From: Eukaryota sp. GEM-RC1
Lineage: Eukaryota
Assembly: GCA_040285855.1 (NCBI GenBank)
Contig: JAUFOQ010000002.1
Span: 2,914,001-2,978,000 of the forward strand
Reading direction: 5' to 3'
Length of the DNA stretch: 64,000 nucleotides
The position numbers were made by a program, and so were the translations under genes. The notes below the pieces were generated by a model. It did not search any database, was not told the DNA's origin, and was given only the letters and a program-made list of their open reading frames with translations. This document shows positions 1 through 13,259 of this stretch, one piece after another (within the stretch, counting starts at the first letter, position 1; every line of letters starts with the position of its first letter).

Positions 1-599
1 CCAGAGACTTCTCGGGAAGTTGACGAGCCCATGTCCACAGAGGAGAACGAGAAGAATAAGTCCCCAGAGATTGGCTAGGGACATGCAGAGAGAGACAATA
101 CCATTGAAAGAGATTCCAACTGAGATGAAGAGGTATATGATTCCACTCAAGGAAAGAGATCCCAGGATGAGATAGAAGCGTAGACTTGTTTTGATTGCAG
201 TAACGATACGTTCGCTGAGCTTGAATTCTGCTGCACGGGAAAAATTAGTGACAAAAGGCATGAAAACCCTAAGATGAGGAAGAAACACATAACATACCAC
301 ACGAGGAAAAAGGTGATCCAATAGATGAGCTTCCAAGTAAGAGAAAGAGCAGATAGAGGGATGTTCAGAGAAGGAGTAACACACTTTTCAGGGTGTGTTG
401 GATGTTCGTTTATACAGTCATTGTAGTTGGACAACTCAAGATCAAAAGGAATAAGGACAACAATACTACCACTGGCAACAAGAGCTAAGAAGACTATAAT
501 TCTCACAGAGATAGAAGATAGTTCAGGGTCCATGTAGACGACGAGAAACCATGTGACCACACACAGGAGGATAACCCCTGCGAAAATGACCGCTATCAT
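1..599 (-). CDS. LMBR1-family (LMBRD2-like) multi-pass membrane protein, 5' part; runs off the window start; intron 269-297
   Basis: Hydrophobic N-terminal helices with VVLIPFDL and LTWKLIYWITFFLVW. After removing a 29-nt GTATG...CTCATCTTAG intron and one homopolymer shift near 106-110, it reads ...SLANLWGLILLVLSCGHGLVNFPRE, matching the LMBR1-family pattern as I recall it. Confidence 0.75.
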
Positions 600-627
600 G
601 GGGTAAAGTTTCGGGGTAAAGGTTTAA

Positions 628-1299
628 ATGAATTCCATCTCATTCTTTGTTTGCGGCATAACTTCTGGCTTGGGATCATCTGTTGCACATCAAGCTGCTC
701 TTCATTCGTTTAATGTTTTTGGTTCGTCTCGTTCAGCTGAGAAAGTACAATCAACCAAGTCAGACTTGATATCCGATTTAAACATTTCTATTGGAGATCC
801 TGCTGACCCCGTCTTCTGGAATTCAGACAATCTCTCACTTCACCAATTCTCCCAAACTTCTTCAGATGTTCATGTTATTTTGATTTCTACAGGTTTCTGC
901 AATTACGAGTCTGTCTTTGAACTCACTCCGGAACTTCTCCAAAAGTACATGGAAGCTCACACTTACCCTTTGCTTAATTCCCTGAAGTTTGCCAAGCACA
1001 ACCTCGCACATCAAAAGAATGTTTTAATATTGTCTATCAATTCATCTATCATTTCTGATCAGGATTTCAACATTGATTGTGCTGGATATCAGATATCTAA
1101 ATCCGCCTTACATGGTCTTTGTAAGTCAACGGAAGCTGATTGTTGGAACACCAATATCTCTATGCACTCCTTCTATCCGGGTAACTACAAAACTAATCTG
1201 TGGCCTAATGAGTATGGAATTCCTGGAGATGCAGAGGATCCTGAGAAGTTTGGATTAGAGGTTGCTCAGTTTGCATTAAAATTTGTGAAAGATTTATGA
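628..1299 (+). CDS. Short-chain dehydrogenase/reductase (SDR)
   Basis: N-terminal GITSGLG Rossmann motif, INSS, catalytic YxxxK (YQISK) and YPGNYKT. Confidence 0.8.
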   Translation: MNSISFFVCGITSGLGSSVAHQAALHSFNVFGSSRSAEKVQSTKSDLISDLNISIGDPADPVFWNSDNLSLHQFSQTSSDVHVILISTGFCNYESVFELTPELLQKYMEAHTYPLLNSLKFAKHNLAHQKNVLILSINSSIISDQDFNIDCAGYQISKSALHGLCKSTEADCWNTNISMHSFYPGNYKTNLWPNEYGIPGDAEDPEKFGLEVAQFALKFVKDL

Positions 1300-1573
1300 G
1301 TTTTTTAACTCGGTCTTTTGTTTTCATAATTGTTTGAACTGTGTTGGGTTTAATGAGTATTGAAATATTCAATATTCTCAGGACAAATTAAAAGTACATT
1401 GTTTTATTCAATAAACCGTTGAGTTTTATTCCAATAAGTAAAATAGAATAAGTTGGCGCTACCAAGCCGCCGAAAAGCTTTCTAGACTACAACTGTCAAC
1501 TAAATAAATTGACAGACAATCAAAAACAATCAAATCAAAAAAATGATACAGTTCAAACTAAAACCACCTGATA

Positions 1574-4076
1574 CTATCGTTTCCTTCCTTTTTTCTTCGA
1601 TGCGCTCCCCCTACGTTCATTGCCTTGTCTAACCGTTGAAACTGAAGAAGTGGAAGGAATTGGTGGTAGTCTAGCGGAAGAACTTTCAAACAACTTCGGT
1701 GTGACCACAGAAAATGGCTTTTCAACTTCACTTAAACAGGTTAGAGAACGTTTCCTTGTCAGCGACGGCGGCGGGTGATCAGTAAGATCTGGTTGTGATG
1801 ACGTGTCCTTACGTTCAATAGGGACAAAAGTAGAAGATATGGGGACAAATGATTTGGCTTTTTTTCTCAATGTGTTTCAAGTGATCAATCAAACTCGCTG
1901 ATTGAGCCCTTCTTTTGATAGTAGAGCTCAACAGTGATTTAGAGAAGGGTTCCTTCCCTTCGTCCATTGATGATAAACTGTCAAATGATAGTATCCTCTT
2001 GGAGAAATCTGTAGGAGGAGGTGTTGGAAGTGCTGGAGATCTCTTCTCAAACAAATTTGAAAAATCAGAAGGTTCAGATAGATTCGAAAACGATGATCTA
2101 TTTGACCTATCAGAAGTGAAACCATCAGACAAGTATTGGTCAGATGTTTTCTCTGAAATTGACTGGGAATCACGAATTTCACCTTCCGTTTCATTGGAAT
2201 CAAGAGACGTGAGCAATTGAGGTTTCGGATCAGGTAATGTAGTAATGAATTGAATAGGAGGAGCCTTGGTCGGTTTGAGTTCGTCGACATAGTCCTTCTT
2301 AGAAGACTTTTTCTTACTTTTCTTCCCCTTCTTTTTCTTCTTTTTGTCAACAATACGTTCTTCTTCACTAGAGTCGGACTCATAGCCATTATCAACAGGG
2401 TTGACTTCATCAGAATTCCCATTCTTGAGTGGAAAGAGCAGCTCAAGCTCACGTTTGATTGCGTTAACCTTTGTTTGATCAGGATCACAGTAATCAAGTA
2501 TTGAATCACAAAAGCTCGACCCATATCTTTTAAATCATCTTGAGTGAAATGATGACCAGCCTGTGGACCAATAGAAGCTCCACAGAAAGAAGCCTCCATG
2601 GTAAAAGAATTTAAAATATTAAATTCTTTCCACACCACGACTCGTGCTGAGTTCTGCTTCGACTTTTGCACTCTAAAAGAACAATCACCAAATGAAAAAG
2701 CAGGTGCATTCGACGCCAACAATCGCGGGAACACCCTTTCAACTAACCTCAACTCAGGCATTAATCGATTCTCACATCCGTAAATAAAGATATTCTTCTT
2801 CCTTGAATGACCATGTAGATCCAGGTACAACAGAACGTCACGATCTTCAGAGAATCTCTTGACCATCTGCTTAGCATTAAAGATGGTTGTATTTAATTTC
2901 TTACTAGGATCCATCCAATGACGATTCAAATCTTGACCAGCTAAATTACAACGATAGTTACCAACAACAACACCATCAGGATTTAACATTGGGATTATCT
3001 TAAAGACGAAGTTATCTCGGAGTATCCTGGCATCCATTGAAGATCCAGTTAAAAAGTCAATGATCCCGTGCATCATGAATGAAGAATTGGTCTCACCTGG
3101 GTGGACTCTAGCTGAGATAACGATACCACGACGTTGTTTGAGAGCTTCTGGATCTCCCGAGAATGATGTTATCGTCAGCATATCACAATTATTACCTCCA
3201 ATCGTCTTACACAACACCCTCCTCCTAAACCTATTCCTCTTAGCTGGATCTCTGTCCAATGACCGTAGGAATAGGCGTAGATCGGTGTAAGTATAGGGAT
3301 AGCAATGGGCAAAGTGGATGACGTCATCATTATGATCAGGAACAACACAAAAGGAAAGAGTGTAATGGTAACTGCCTTGTTTCCTTTTCAAATTGTTTTG
3401 GTAATAGCACACGTTAGTACCACCTCTATACCACGTGCCTTCAGAGACTTCCGACGACTTCTCAGAGTAGAAAAGTGGCAACATTCCGTGATTGTACAGT
3501 GAATCAGGTTTGTTGAAATTTATAATATTGAATTTGTACTTGATGCCTGCTTTAAAGTTAGAGGCCTTAAAGTAGAACCATTGAGTGTGTCCTCGGGTGC
3601 CCGTATCTGGTTTTTAGTATTAAATCATACTCATTGACAAAGACTTGAACAGCACGGCGAAGGTTTCCACTTTCGAATCGCGATTCAAATACAAGAGTAG
3701 CGTCGTCTTCGTCCACAAGATGATACCAAGGAGGAAGGTTTCCTACGATGACAGGAGGTGTTGGAGTGTTAGGTGGAGGTTGAAGTGAGTCGTAGACAAC
3801 ACGATTAAGAACTTTTTGAGGACATAAAGAGCGTTGTAGGTATTCGGATGTAAGTTGGTTAGCGAGATCAGGTCGGACAGGGACGGTGGGATCTCTGTGA
3901 ATTGGATGATCAGGGTATTTCAAAGCAGGCCATATAAGAGAAGATCCTATTCCACTGGTATAAGAGGATAGAGACACATACGTATTTGGGGGATTTATTG
4001 GTTGTTCTTGTTTGGCTGAAAAATCAAATAGAGGTAGTGGTGGTGGAAGAGCAGAGAATGAAGAGAGGGGGTTCAT
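1574..4076 (-). CDS. Cytosolic carboxypeptidase (CCP/AGBL, M14 tubulin deglutamylase family) with a long S/K-rich C-terminal tail; split by frameshifts near 3612, 2512 and 1865
   Basis: FESRFESGNL, QWFYF (after a shift in an A-run), AHCYPYTY, ARVHPGE, PMLNPDGV, DLNR, DLHGHS and FTMEAS motifs across ORFs 3567-4208, 1928-3484, 1815-2216 and 1574-1870. Confidence 0.9.
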
Positions 4077-4167
4077 TATACTAATCAGAAAGGGACATAA
4101 CAGGAACAGAACAAACAAAGGGAATCTTGAATGACTATCACTGCTTTGGACTTTATAGCACCTATTG

Positions 4168-4962
4168 ATGACTCCCCTCTCAAAAAAGGCCCTTCGTAAC
4201 ATCCACAAGGACCAAATACAGCAACTGACGAATGCTTTCCAAAGTCTTGCAGCTTCTTTTCCGAAATCTGATAAAAAGTCCAGAAAATCTGTCCAGAAAG
4301 CAATGGATACAGAGCTTGCTCAACTTAAGCAACTACAAGATGACCAACTTTCTCAATTAAGCTGTGCTGGTGAAGTTTCAGACTTAACACCAAACCACAA
4401 TCCTTCACTTACTGATCCTTCTGATTTTACAAAGAAGAAAAAGCGCAAGAAACGCAATCAAGATCTTTATAATGATCTCTACACAGAAGCAGAAACCCAA
4501 ATTCAGCAAGCAGGACCATCTCCCTTTCAATTGGAGTATGAGTCTCTCTCTGACTTACTCCATCCTCTTGGGCTTGAGATTTACAAGGTACCAGCCGATG
4601 GATCATGTCTTTTCGCTTCTCTCGCCCATCAACTTACTCAAATAGATATCGAAGTATCTGTAACACAATTAAGGAACATGATGAGTAAGTATGTTGTCGA
4701 CCATGAAGCTGAGTATGCCCCTTTCATTGAGGGTGATGTTGATACTTATTCAAAGAGAGTGCTTGAAGATGATTTCTGGGGAGGTGACTTGGAGATCAAT
4801 ATGGCTTGTAAGTTGTTTAAATGTGATGTGGAAGTCTTTCAAGTGGGCGGATCTATCAAATTTGATTGTGGAAGTCCAAGAGCTCCACTTTTGCGATTGG
4901 TTCTACATAAGAAAATGATTTCATCAGGATTCCATTATAGTTCTGTTAGGGTTAGTCAGTGA
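4168..4962 (+). CDS. OTU-domain deubiquitinase (OTUD6B/Otu2-like)
   Basis: VPADGSCLFASLAHQL, WGGDLEI and HYSSV motifs, with a basic coiled-coil N-terminus. Confidence 0.88.
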   Translation: MTPLSKKALRNIHKDQIQQLTNAFQSLAASFPKSDKKSRKSVQKAMDTELAQLKQLQDDQLSQLSCAGEVSDLTPNHNPSLTDPSDFTKKKKRKKRNQDLYNDLYTEAETQIQQAGPSPFQLEYESLSDLLHPLGLEIYKVPADGSCLFASLAHQLTQIDIEVSVTQLRNMMSKYVVDHEAEYAPFIEGDVDTYSKRVLEDDFWGGDLEINMACKLFKCDVEVFQVGGSIKFDCGSPRAPLLRLVLHKKMISSGFHYSSVRVSQ

Positions 4963-5536
4963 GTTGTTTTATAGTGCTTTTGCCTTTCGGAAAAAAAACG
5001 TTGATTTTATCTTCGTTTGTATTACTTTTTTATTTTGGTGAGTTTTTGACGATCTTTGTGAATTTAATTTCGTAGAAGTCTTAGTTTTGCGGTTGTTGCA
5101 GATCAATATCTGTTAGTCAGACCCTGTTTCCTTCTTTTAAAGATTTCAGAATTCATCGTCAATTGTTGAAAATACAATAATGGCAATGTTAAATACTTAT
5201 TTAAAACCGTAATTCTTTCGAGCTGTAACAACTGAATCATACTGTACTGTATATCCGTGTGTGCATCAAAAACAGATCACATTGTTCGAATGATACCTTT
5301 TTGGGTACCGAATATACTTTGTGTGATTTTCCATCAAGAAGACATTGATTTAATAAGACAAAGGGTACACAGTTATTTAGTCCCAATAACGCGAGGTCAT
5401 AAATCGTCTTCAAAATTATTTTAACAGCTTGTATGAAGATTGTACTCGTGAATCTTGAGTCAGGTACAATCTTCAAACAAACTGGTTTTTTTGGAACAAG
5501 ACTGAAACTAAAGAAATCCAAGTAATTTCCACCAAA

Positions 5537-8500
5537 ATGGACAGCAAGTCCGCTCAACAACTTGCTCATTCTTGGATCCTTGCTCATAACAATCTTCCTT
5601 CATCTAAATCTCTTTCTGGATGGTCATATCTAAAATCTTTTATTGATGTACCCAAAAATCAGGCTCAGTCTTCACGACCACCTTCTCGCATGTACAGTAG
5701 ACTCAGTGATATCCCAGCTCCTGAATCAGAACCTATCGCCATTCCCCTCTTTTTATCCATGGTTTCACTCCAAACTATGCTCTCAAGTTGCTGCATCCTT
5801 TTTCACAACCTTCCACTCACATCTTGAGCAACTCTATACCCATCAAAAGTCCTTTCAAAGCCTTCAAGAAAACCATCGAATCTCTCGTGAAACTTTTCTT
5901 ATGACTTCGTGTGACTTTTTCTATCAATCACGTCAACAGGAGTGTTTTGATGACGTCAGCAGTGTTGCTAAAGACGTAGCACGTACCAATCGAGACATTA
6001 GTAAGGTGAAAAAGGAGGAACGCGGTGTTCAAGAAGAAATTGAGAAGGGAATTTTAGAAGAAGGAAGATGCTGGGGAGATTTAATTGAAAAATTTCTAAA
6101 TTTAAACGATTTTTCCATTCTGTGTCTTAAGGAAATGGACAGTGTAATTCGCAAATTTGATGATTTAGATAGTGAAATATTTGAAATATTGGGTATTTTA
6201 ATTCAGTTTTACTTACAGTTACCCGAAGTTCAAGAAATGAATACTCTTGTTTGGAAAAAAGAATTTAAAGCATTAAAGTCCTCGCTGAAATCCGTTAAAA
6301 AATTAATTATAGACCAAGATTCATCATTAACAGCTTTTTTGACCAATATTTTCAACGATGATCTGGCCGGTAAAATTTTAAATATTTCAAGTACAATAGA
6401 ATCGTCATCAAAATTCCACGACAACGTAATCACCTGGAGTTCTCTTTTTACTAACTTATTAAATTGTTTCTCTGATCTTACTACTTCTCAGAAGCGATTG
6501 GAGAAGCTAAAAGCCGATCAGTCAAATTTGATTGAGAAAATGACGTCGTTAGAGTCATCACTTGCCTCTTTGAAAACTCAATCAGTAGAACTTTCAGTTA
6601 ATTACCAGGAATCAGTTCTCAAGTATGAAGATTGGTGTCTAGAAGCTGAAAAACCCGCACAAAATTTAAAATATTTTGATACATTGTTGAATTTTCTCAA
6701 CAAGTATTCTGATTCTTCTAAATTAATATTTCCAGAACCTTTGTCTGAGGAAGTGTTATCCCCGGATATTTTAAATTTTGTGTCAGTTTTTGTGGCTACA
6801 TTTGTTATCTATGGTTCTTTAGTCGAACCTGATCTTAGAGTTGAGCTTGGACAGTTTCTTTTCGAGGAGATCGTGTTGAAGAAAATTAAACAGCTTGATC
6901 ATTCTTCGAAATCGGTAACTTTAAAATTACTTAATTTTTTTGAAATTGGTTTGGATTCGGATCTGTTTGAACTCGTGTTCTCCTTCATCAGCTTTATTTT
7001 GAACGAAGATTGTATGTTTCTAAGTCAGTGTTTTGTAAAGCTTGTTGAGAAATTTGAAATATTTCATGATTATGAAGTTACAGTTAATATATTCGATCCA
7101 TTTTTTTCCAATGAAGACTTTGACACAGCTCTCAAAATTTCAACTTCATCTACACCTTTTTAAAATTTTCGCAAAATTTCAACGGTCCGATTCATTTTTA
7201 TCTAAACGGAATTCCTTCAATCAATGAGCTTTTCTTGTTCTTTCGTAAGACTTTTGTTGACCATGATTCTTTTCTTCTACAGTCTGAAGTCCAAAAATCT
7301 CTTTCTGTCGTCTCCCTCAATGATATTATTTCAAAATTTAAATCTTTTCTGTCTTCAGACAATTTAATTGGAGACCAGTTGATTATGGACATTGAATCAT
7401 TTGAAAAATTCCAGCCTGAACGATTGGTCAAAGATGTCTATTTTAAATCATCAAATGCAGTCTCTGCAATTCTGTCCTCAATCGCTTTTTATTTCCAATC
7501 AAAATATGATTGAACACGTTTTGCCACTTTCTGTCGTAGTCACGATTACTAAGTCCTTTCTAACAAAGTTCCTCCTAAAATATTCTTTTAATCGAACGAA
7601 ATTAAACGTTTTTTGTGCATCTTCGGTCTCTTCCTTGGTATCATACCATTTGGATCAAATCGTATTTACTGATTCATTTGATATTACTCTAAATATTAAA
7701 AAATGTTTCCTTTTGAATTGCTCGCTACTGTTTTGTCGACAACAATCAATTTCGAATGATTTAATACGATTGCTTCTAGATCCGGAAGGTGTGACGAAAC
7801 AGTTTTTAAATGTTTTTTCTTCAAGAACTTCTCTTGGAGATGGATTGAACAAGAAAAAGAATTCATCTGTTTTAATCAACTTTCCCTTTCCAGCAGAAGT
7901 CAAACGACTTCCTGTGTGGTTTAATGAACTTCTCTGGTTACGATTGAATATTTTAAATCACTTTTCTAGTGAATATGCACAAGTTCTGTCAAATGTTTTG
8001 AATCCTATCTGGGAACAGTTTTTTTCCATGTTTGATTTTAAAAAAATGTCTGTTCCTGTTTCTTATGATATTGATATTCCAGTCAATTTTTCCCATTGTT
8101 ATTACAAGCTATTGTTTTTAAATTGTATTGACCCAAATTCACTAGCCTCATTGATTTGTCCTTTCTTTGCTGACTTATTTGAAATTAGCGAGCGAAATTT
8201 AAATTTTCATTTGTTCAATTTATCCAATGTTTGTGCCAGTTATAGTTTGTTGTTAAATTTTAATAGTTTTGGTCCTTTCAGTTCCAGTGCTGTTGGAAAT
8301 AGCCAATCTCTTGTGATCTGTACCACTGATAGACCCTTCCTGGAATCGACCACCGATGAAATTTTTAAATATTTGGGACATTCACTCGATGCGTCGATTA
8401 TTAGACTTCCTTGTAACGAGCTGAATTTTGAATCAGTTTTAAATGACCAAATGGGATCCAAATTTGTTTGTGTCGACAATTTTACATTTGAAGTCTGTTT

Positions 8501-9107
8501 ATCAAGTATCACTTACTTAAACTCCCTGGAAAACGTCAACAATCTCGAGTTTCCCTATGTATTTTTGACCTACCCACGTTCTTCCTCAGTTAATTCATCT
8601 AAACCCAGTGATAGTCCGGTTCCATTCTTTATTCAACTTTTTTCAGTTGTCTTGGATACCACTTCAACTATTTGTGATCCGTTTTCTTTCATTTTTGAAC
8701 TTGGAATCTTTTTAAATGCATTTAAAACTATCAAGCTGAGTCATTTTCTCGCTTTTGCACTTGCATTCTATAATCTCAAGTCCAAAAGCACACTGTCTTT
8801 GCGCCAAATTCTATGTCTTTTTGAAGCTGGTCTGGAATTGAATTCAAATGAGGATATTGCAACGGTTTTAAATAACTCAAAGAAATTCAGTGACTCTGAA
8901 ATGGAATTGTTCAATTCGGTTTCTGTCAATGTCACTAATCATTTATCTTCAAAATTATCGAATATCGAATATTTCAATTCTGTTCCACAAGTTAATTATT
9001 CATTTTCTGACATTGCTAATGTTCTCACAAAGTGTTTTATTGTGGAAACAAATAGCTCTAAATCTAGAGAAAATATAAAAAGAGAAAAAAGACAAACCGA
9101 AAGTTGA
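5537..9107 (+). CDS. Large coiled-coil protein, possibly a highly divergent dynein heavy chain-like fragment (stalk to C-terminal region); several frameshifts
   Basis: Overlapping ORFs 5537-5827, 5643-7163, 7235-7513 and 7392-9107. Two coiled-coil arms flank a helical segment, followed by ATFVIYG...R, PVWFNELLWLRL and KLLFLNCIDP, which loosely resemble dynein heavy-chain motifs. No Walker A seen. Confidence 0.35.
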
Positions 9108-9478
9108 TAATATTATTGCTGAATTTTCAGGTTTATTTAATTCTTTTAACAGTGCTACTGTTGTTTTAACTTTTAAGCGGTATTTTTCTTGTGTATAATT
9201 ACTTTTGAAGTCAGTTTTTAATCCATTGATTTGAATTATTCTTTCAGAGATTTCATATTTTTGATTTAATTTGATTATGAGTTACAGCTCAAAATTCAAT
9301 AATGTACAATAATTTTATATTACAACATGTCCGTAGTTATTTTTCCATGTTGTACAATAGTTTGCAAGTTTAAATATTACCAGTGTAGCAGCACAAAGTT
9401 CTGCTATGGGAATTGTTGAAAAACACACTAAACATGAACACCATTCACAAATATTTCAATAAATTATAATTTAAAATT

Positions 9479-11908
9479 TTACGATAGTTTTTCTTGAAAT
9501 TCTTTAAGCCAATCACCATGATTACACAAGCGTTCACGTATTCTTCCACGTTCTTCTGCCCCTTTGATTAGACCAGTCAAAAACACGTGATCTGATAGTT
9601 TTTCATTGGAAACAGTAGCTTTCGGAGGGTTGAAATCAACTTTTCCAAATTTAGCTGTTCCAAAATTTAAATTACTAGGAATTCCAGTAGAAATCATACT
9701 AGAATAGAACTCATTTTCTCTCTCCAACAATAAACCCTCTGCTTCTTTAAACTGTTTCATTTTAGAGTTCAACTTCCTAGTTTCAGATTCCAATGCTTTC
9801 TTTTCTCTCGACAAATGTCCAGAAACTCTTCCATTATTAAGTTCCACCTTCTCCCCCCAACGTTCTCTCTTATCCATTAAGTCTTTTCGTATAAGTGAGA
9901 GAACAGAACGCTGTTCTTGAAGATATTCTTTGGCTCGATCTAGTTTTGACTTCTCTTGTGTTAGAAAATTTAAAATTTCAGGGTTTTCGACTTTGGGTGC
10001 TGCTGCGTGTGCTGTTTGTGGAGGTTCAAATGATGTTTTCTTGGGTTCTCTCTTTTGAAGCAAAACTTGATTTCTGACCTCTTCTAGTTCATATTTTAAA
10101 TCTTGCACCATTGTTTCAAGCTTCTTCACAGTGCCATATTCTTCATCCGTCACGTGAATTTGACTTCTCTTGACTTCGCGTCTGACTTCTGGAGACCTTG
10201 GAGCGGAATCTGAGCTCTTTTTAAGTTGAATTCGACGGATTTCCTGTTCCATTTCAGATTTTTGACCTTCCAAGTCAGACAATTGATTTTTAAGATCAAA
10301 CAGGCCAGTTTCTAAAGAGGAAGTTTCCTGTAAGAGCTCACGTTTCAAATTTTGCAAGGACTTGATTTCATCTTCTAAATGCCCTACTTCGAGGACTCCG
10401 CTCTCAACTTCTTCCAGTTTTTCAAAGGAATTCTTACCTTGATCGGGGGTTTTCCTCGTTAAATCATTCATTTCGTTGAGTAATTTGGCCTTTTGGACTT
10501 CTAGAGAAGTGACGTCATCTTCTAATTGTGATTTTTGATCTTCCAGTTGAGCTAAATACTTTGAATTTTTAATATTCAATGCATTCTTTTCAGCTCGCAT
10601 TTGGTCCAATTCTTTGGTCAAATCTCTCACTTGTTCAACAACATCTCGTTTCTGCTGTTCCAAATCTTCATATTCTTGACGTAATTTTTGAATTTTTTGG
10701 AGCTCTTGGCTTTCCAATTCTGGAAATCGTTGATTATCAGAGTCCAAATCAACCACAATTTCTGATCTTTTCTTTTGAACAATTTGTTCTTGTTCATACT
10801 TAATGTCAATGAGTTCTTGTTCATGAGTATTTTTTAAAATTTCCAAAGTATTTAAATGTTCCGATTTTGCTTTGTTTTTCTGTTGATCAAACTCATTCTC
10901 AAGCACAACCAAATCCTCTTCACATTCCTTTTTAAATTCTTCTAAGTTTTTCAAATGTTCTTGCTTCAATTTCTTCAATTCATCTTGAAAACTTATCATT
11001 AAAGATTCTTTTTCTTTGGAAAAATCGTCTTTTAAAATGATTAGTTCCTGGCCATGCGACTGTTTAAGAGAAATCTTTTCCTTGACAAATTGTTCCTTTT
11101 CCGATTTTAATTGAGATTTCAATTTTTCCAATTCTGTTTGGTCAACCTCTAAGTTGGATTTTTGTCGTTCGAATTTTTTAAATTTTTCAAGATACTCGTT
11201 TGATCTAATTGCCAATTCCTTTTCCTGTTGTTCTAACTTGGCCTTTTCCTGTGCTAACTCATCCCCCAATTTTTTTAAATTTTCGGTCATCACTTCCAAA
11301 CCCTCTTCATCTTTTTTAATTTTCTCCACTCTTTCATTCTTTACCGTCTCCAACTCATGCAACTCTGCCTTCAAATTGTCAATTTCCTCCACCAACCCTC
11401 TTCTAGTCACTTCCAACTCATCAACTTCTTCGCTGGAGACGTCACTTCTAGGTGTTCTAATCAATGGTGTAGTACTTAGAGGGGTTTTTGAAGGGAAAGT
11501 AGTGGAAGGAAGAGGAGTAAGAGCAGAGATCGTCTTGAGAGGTGTTTTGAGAGGAAGAAGGGACGATTTACCCGCAGATCCGATCCGTAAAGGTTGTGCT
11601 ATTCTGTTAGTTTGTTTAGGTTGTTTCTTCTTTTTCTCCTTCTCTTGGAGATATTTCTGTTTATAGTGACTATCTAATGGATGTTCCCAGAAGGATTCCT
11701 GTGTCAGGTGGTTGAAGTAGTAGATGGAGTCGTCATCGTGTTTGTAGGCCGTCCAGCCTTCAGGAAGTGGAGCATTGATACCCTCTCTTGCTATCCAAAG
11801 AAGATCAGCATCGGCAACAGGGTCCATTCCAAGATATTCAGCATATTCAAGTAGTTCAGATTCATCAGGTTCATAATTTGGATCAGGAGGGGGGAGGGCT
11901 TCTGGCAT
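9479..11908 (-). CDS. CEP164: CEP164-like WW-domain coiled-coil centriolar protein
   Basis: N-terminus YEPDESELLEYAEYLGMDP...LLWIAREGINAPLPEGW...YYFNHLTQESFWEHPLD is the CEP164 N-terminal plus WW signature, followed by long coiled coils. Confidence 0.8.
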   Translation of the reverse strand: MPEALPPPDPNYEPDESELLEYAEYLGMDPVADADLLWIAREGINAPLPEGWTAYKHDDDSIYYFNHLTQESFWEHPLDSHYKQKYLQEKEKKKKQPKQTNRIAQPLRIGSAGKSSLLPLKTPLKTISALTPLPSTTFPSKTPLSTTPLIRTPRSDVSSEEVDELEVTRRGLVEEIDNLKAELHELETVKNERVEKIKKDEEGLEVMTENLKKLGDELAQEKAKLEQQEKELAIRSNEYLEKFKKFERQKSNLEVDQTELEKLKSQLKSEKEQFVKEKISLKQSHGQELIILKDDFSKEKESLMISFQDELKKLKQEHLKNLEEFKKECEEDLVVLENEFDQQKNKAKSEHLNTLEILKNTHEQELIDIKYEQEQIVQKKRSEIVVDLDSDNQRFPELESQELQKIQKLRQEYEDLEQQKRDVVEQVRDLTKELDQMRAEKNALNIKNSKYLAQLEDQKSQLEDDVTSLEVQKAKLLNEMNDLTRKTPDQGKNSFEKLEEVESGVLEVGHLEDEIKSLQNLKRELLQETSSLETGLFDLKNQLSDLEGQKSEMEQEIRRIQLKKSSDSAPRSPEVRREVKRSQIHVTDEEYGTVKKLETMVQDLKYELEEVRNQVLLQKREPKKTSFEPPQTAHAAAPKVENPEILNFLTQEKSKLDRAKEYLQEQRSVLSLIRKDLMDKRERWGEKVELNNGRVSGHLSREKKALESETRKLNSKMKQFKEAEGLLLERENEFYSSMISTGIPSNLNFGTAKFGKVDFNPPKATVSNEKLSDHVFLTGLIKGAEERGRIRERLCNHGDWLKEFQEKLS

Positions 11909-12049
11909 TTAGGAACCTAGACTGGTGATTGGAAATTCTTAGACAATATTTTAGTTAAATTACATCTCGATTCGACTATAAATCGATGTTGACAGAAACT
12001 AACACTCGATAAATTAAAAACAACATTCATTGGATTGTTTGTTCGACAG

Positions 12050-12715
12050 TTCTGAATGTGTTTGTAGTCATCGTAACTTTTAGACGTGTAATTACTGTAA
12101 TTGCCCCAAATTTATTCAATTTCGTGTTGTTCTTCATAATGCTGTCAAAGATGCTACACTTGAAATGTTTAAAGCTCATGGATTTCATGCCAAAGTTGAA
12201 CCCTAATTGAGTAAGTTGGGTCTTGATTTAATTATTTATTCTGATCGAGGCGACTTACTTGGTCCTTTTAATGATTCTAGTCAAAATATCCTTGATATTA
12301 AAACATTAGATCCGTGTGCTCAAACATATGTTAACAGCTTAACTTGAAATGGTTTCAACCACCTAGAAACAGCTGAAAAACGCAAATTTGATTTGCATTT
12401 CAAAGATGTTGCTAAACTTAATCATAAATCGGATTCAAAATTTGTATTTGTTCCATTTGCTATTTCTATTTTTGGTAGTATTGATGAAATGGCTTCTCAG
12501 TTTTTAACTGACTTTGGATCTATGTGTAAGTCTCAGAAGAAGAGAATTTACTTATCAATTTGACATAACCGGTTGATTCTTTCTTTGTTCCGTTCGATGC
12601 CTAAGTTTTTTAAATCAATTTTCACAAAGTTGTAAAAGAACTGTGGTACTGTTGACCAGGAATTTTCGGTGTCCAGTGATTCATAGCTTTTATTATGATG
12701 TGTATTTTTGTACCC
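12050..12715 (+). mobile_element. Degenerate 3' end of an RLE-type non-LTR retrotransposon (CRE/R2-like endonuclease domain)
   Basis: Conceptual translation with stops: NCPKF...LHNAVKD...KVEP...RGDLL...DIKTLDP...AEKRK...FVPFAISIFG...FL. Confidence 0.75.
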
Positions 12716-13259
12716 TTCTCTCCAAACAGTTTTTTCACATTCATTGTAGTAAAATTTACTGAAGCTACAGTATTTATTCATAGAAAGTACTAACAGCAAA
12801 AGAGCAAATATTTAATACAATATTTTGAAAATAATGTATAACGATCCCAATTGTCTGTCACTAAACAATACTCCGTGGACTATCAATTTTAAGACCAGTC
12901 ACCATCCGACAACGTCGTCAAGGAGAAGATGTGATTGTGTAACACATATCCAAACCCTAAAGGAAAGAGGTGGGAGGTGTACTAATACAAAAGCACAAAG
13001 ATAACACTTTTATACACGAGAAGTAACGGAAAAAGAACGAACTCACATATCGCAGGTTTTCCTATACAATCAAGCAAATGTGTTTGCTTGTATCAGACAT
13101 AAAGTTGCTTGTATTGGGACACCTACCAAATTTATATACGTAGTAAATGTCAAAGTCAATCAAGTTTGCTGATTATCGCGGTTCACTAAAAGTCTTCAGA
13201 AGTCCTAACCCAAATTGTCCCTTCACATACAAAACGGAAGTTGTACTTATACCGCTCAC

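Noticed and set aside
11154..11666. Antisense ORFs over CEP164 and similar shadow ORFs (e.g. 1915-2220, 51812-52330, 33910-34278)
   Set aside because: These are by-products of codon bias on the opposite strand of well-supported genes.
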